From the NCBI RefSeq assembly GCF_006345805.1, contig NC_043003.1:97464001-97528000 (forward strand): a DNA stretch of 64,000 nt. Direction: 5' to 3'. Source of the stretch: Octopus sinensis (lineage: Eukaryota). Under the pieces are notes generated by a model. That model saw only the letters and a program-made list of their open reading frames with translations, made no database searches and was not told where the DNA came from. Both the position numbers and the translations under genes were made by a program. This document shows, in pieces, positions 63,101 to 64,000 of this stretch (positions within the stretch are counted from its first letter, which is position 1; each line of letters begins with the position of its first letter).

Positions 63101-64000
63101 ATGTAAAAACCAGACTGGATTAGTTTATGCGCAATTCCATTGTCTCCCGAGACAAAAGGATGCCAACAACTGTTTATTTTTTATTATTGTTCCAATCCAG
63201 GCCAGTCCTCATTGAACAAACTCTTGAAAAAGATCTGGTTATGAATGTCCAGGCTTTTCAGTGCAATGTACACTGTGTGGAAAAACACCTCGATAGTTGA
63301 GCGGCAACATTTTGTGCCAAGGGCTTGCTCTATCTGGGCTGACCTGTAGCTGTGCAATAACAAGAATTATACCACTCACCGACTAACTCCAGCGACCAAA
63401 TCACTTTGGCTTTTAGTTCGCCGAGCAAGTTATACTGTTACCTACTTTGCTGCCATTCGTCCAGTTGGTTAGAGACCAGTTACTCCTGAACCTGTTGCAC
63501 GCCTTGATAATATAGGTATTAATGTTTCATATAAATAGTTTTGTGCCTTATTTGATTTCTAAGATAAAATCTACTTACTTAACATAGGAATTTGTGTTAT
63601 GCATGGATTACGCTTGTCAATATGATCTACATTGTCGTCTATTTTTAGCAGCATAACACATTGTTAATCTCACACACACACACATACTTGTGTGTTCATA
63701 ATACCTTTAAATGTATACATTTTTTTCATGGATATAGTATTTCTAATTGATTTTATGCTCGTATGTAGGTTATAATACCTTTCGTACATATTTTTTTCAT
63801 GGGTATAACGATATAGTTAGTGTTTCTAAATGATTTTATGCTCGTATGTAGGAGGTTATAGAAGTTGTCGGAATGCAAATTTCTAATCTTAACTTGCTAC
63901 TCATGTTAAAAATGTAAATGACCGAGCGATGCGAAGTGATGAGAATGGGTCTTTAGTACCAGATCACACGGCAGTTACAATGAAAGAGAGATATTGATAG

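Overview
AT-rich, repeat-dense eukaryotic (animal) genomic DNA. The SINE families, heavy (TA)/(CA)/(GATA)/(ATT)/(ATG) microsatellite load and [11 protein letters not shown]-type zinc fingers suggest a coleoid cephalopod, probably Octopus (inference). Two intact protein-coding genes are supported. (1) A KRAB-less tandem C2H2 zinc-finger gene on the minus strand (CDS 4383-5816, 15 intact fingers plus 1 degenerate). (2) ASNA1/GET3 (TRC40) on the plus strand, rebuilt by hand as 8 coding exons (24002-55757, 993 nt, 330 aa), all introns GT-AG with matching phases. A remnant of a second ZNF gene lies between them. The rest is decayed or nested mobile DNA: RTE, CR1-like, Tx1-like and Hero-like LINE pieces, a Naiad-type Penelope-like fragment, Helitrons, mariner fragments, piggyBac-like and Tc2/pogo-like MITEs, and many tRNA-derived SINEs. 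Most notable: a tRNA-headed SINE carrying a minimal hammerhead ribozyme (59778-60036), a Naiad fragment with TGA at a conserved Cys position, a perfect 219-bp palindrome, a minisatellite built from STAT/NF-kB/ETS-like motifs, and inverted repeat pairs in the ASNA1 pre-mRNA. Repeat boundaries are approximate unless a TSD or TIR is quoted; all family assignments are from motif recognition, not database searches.
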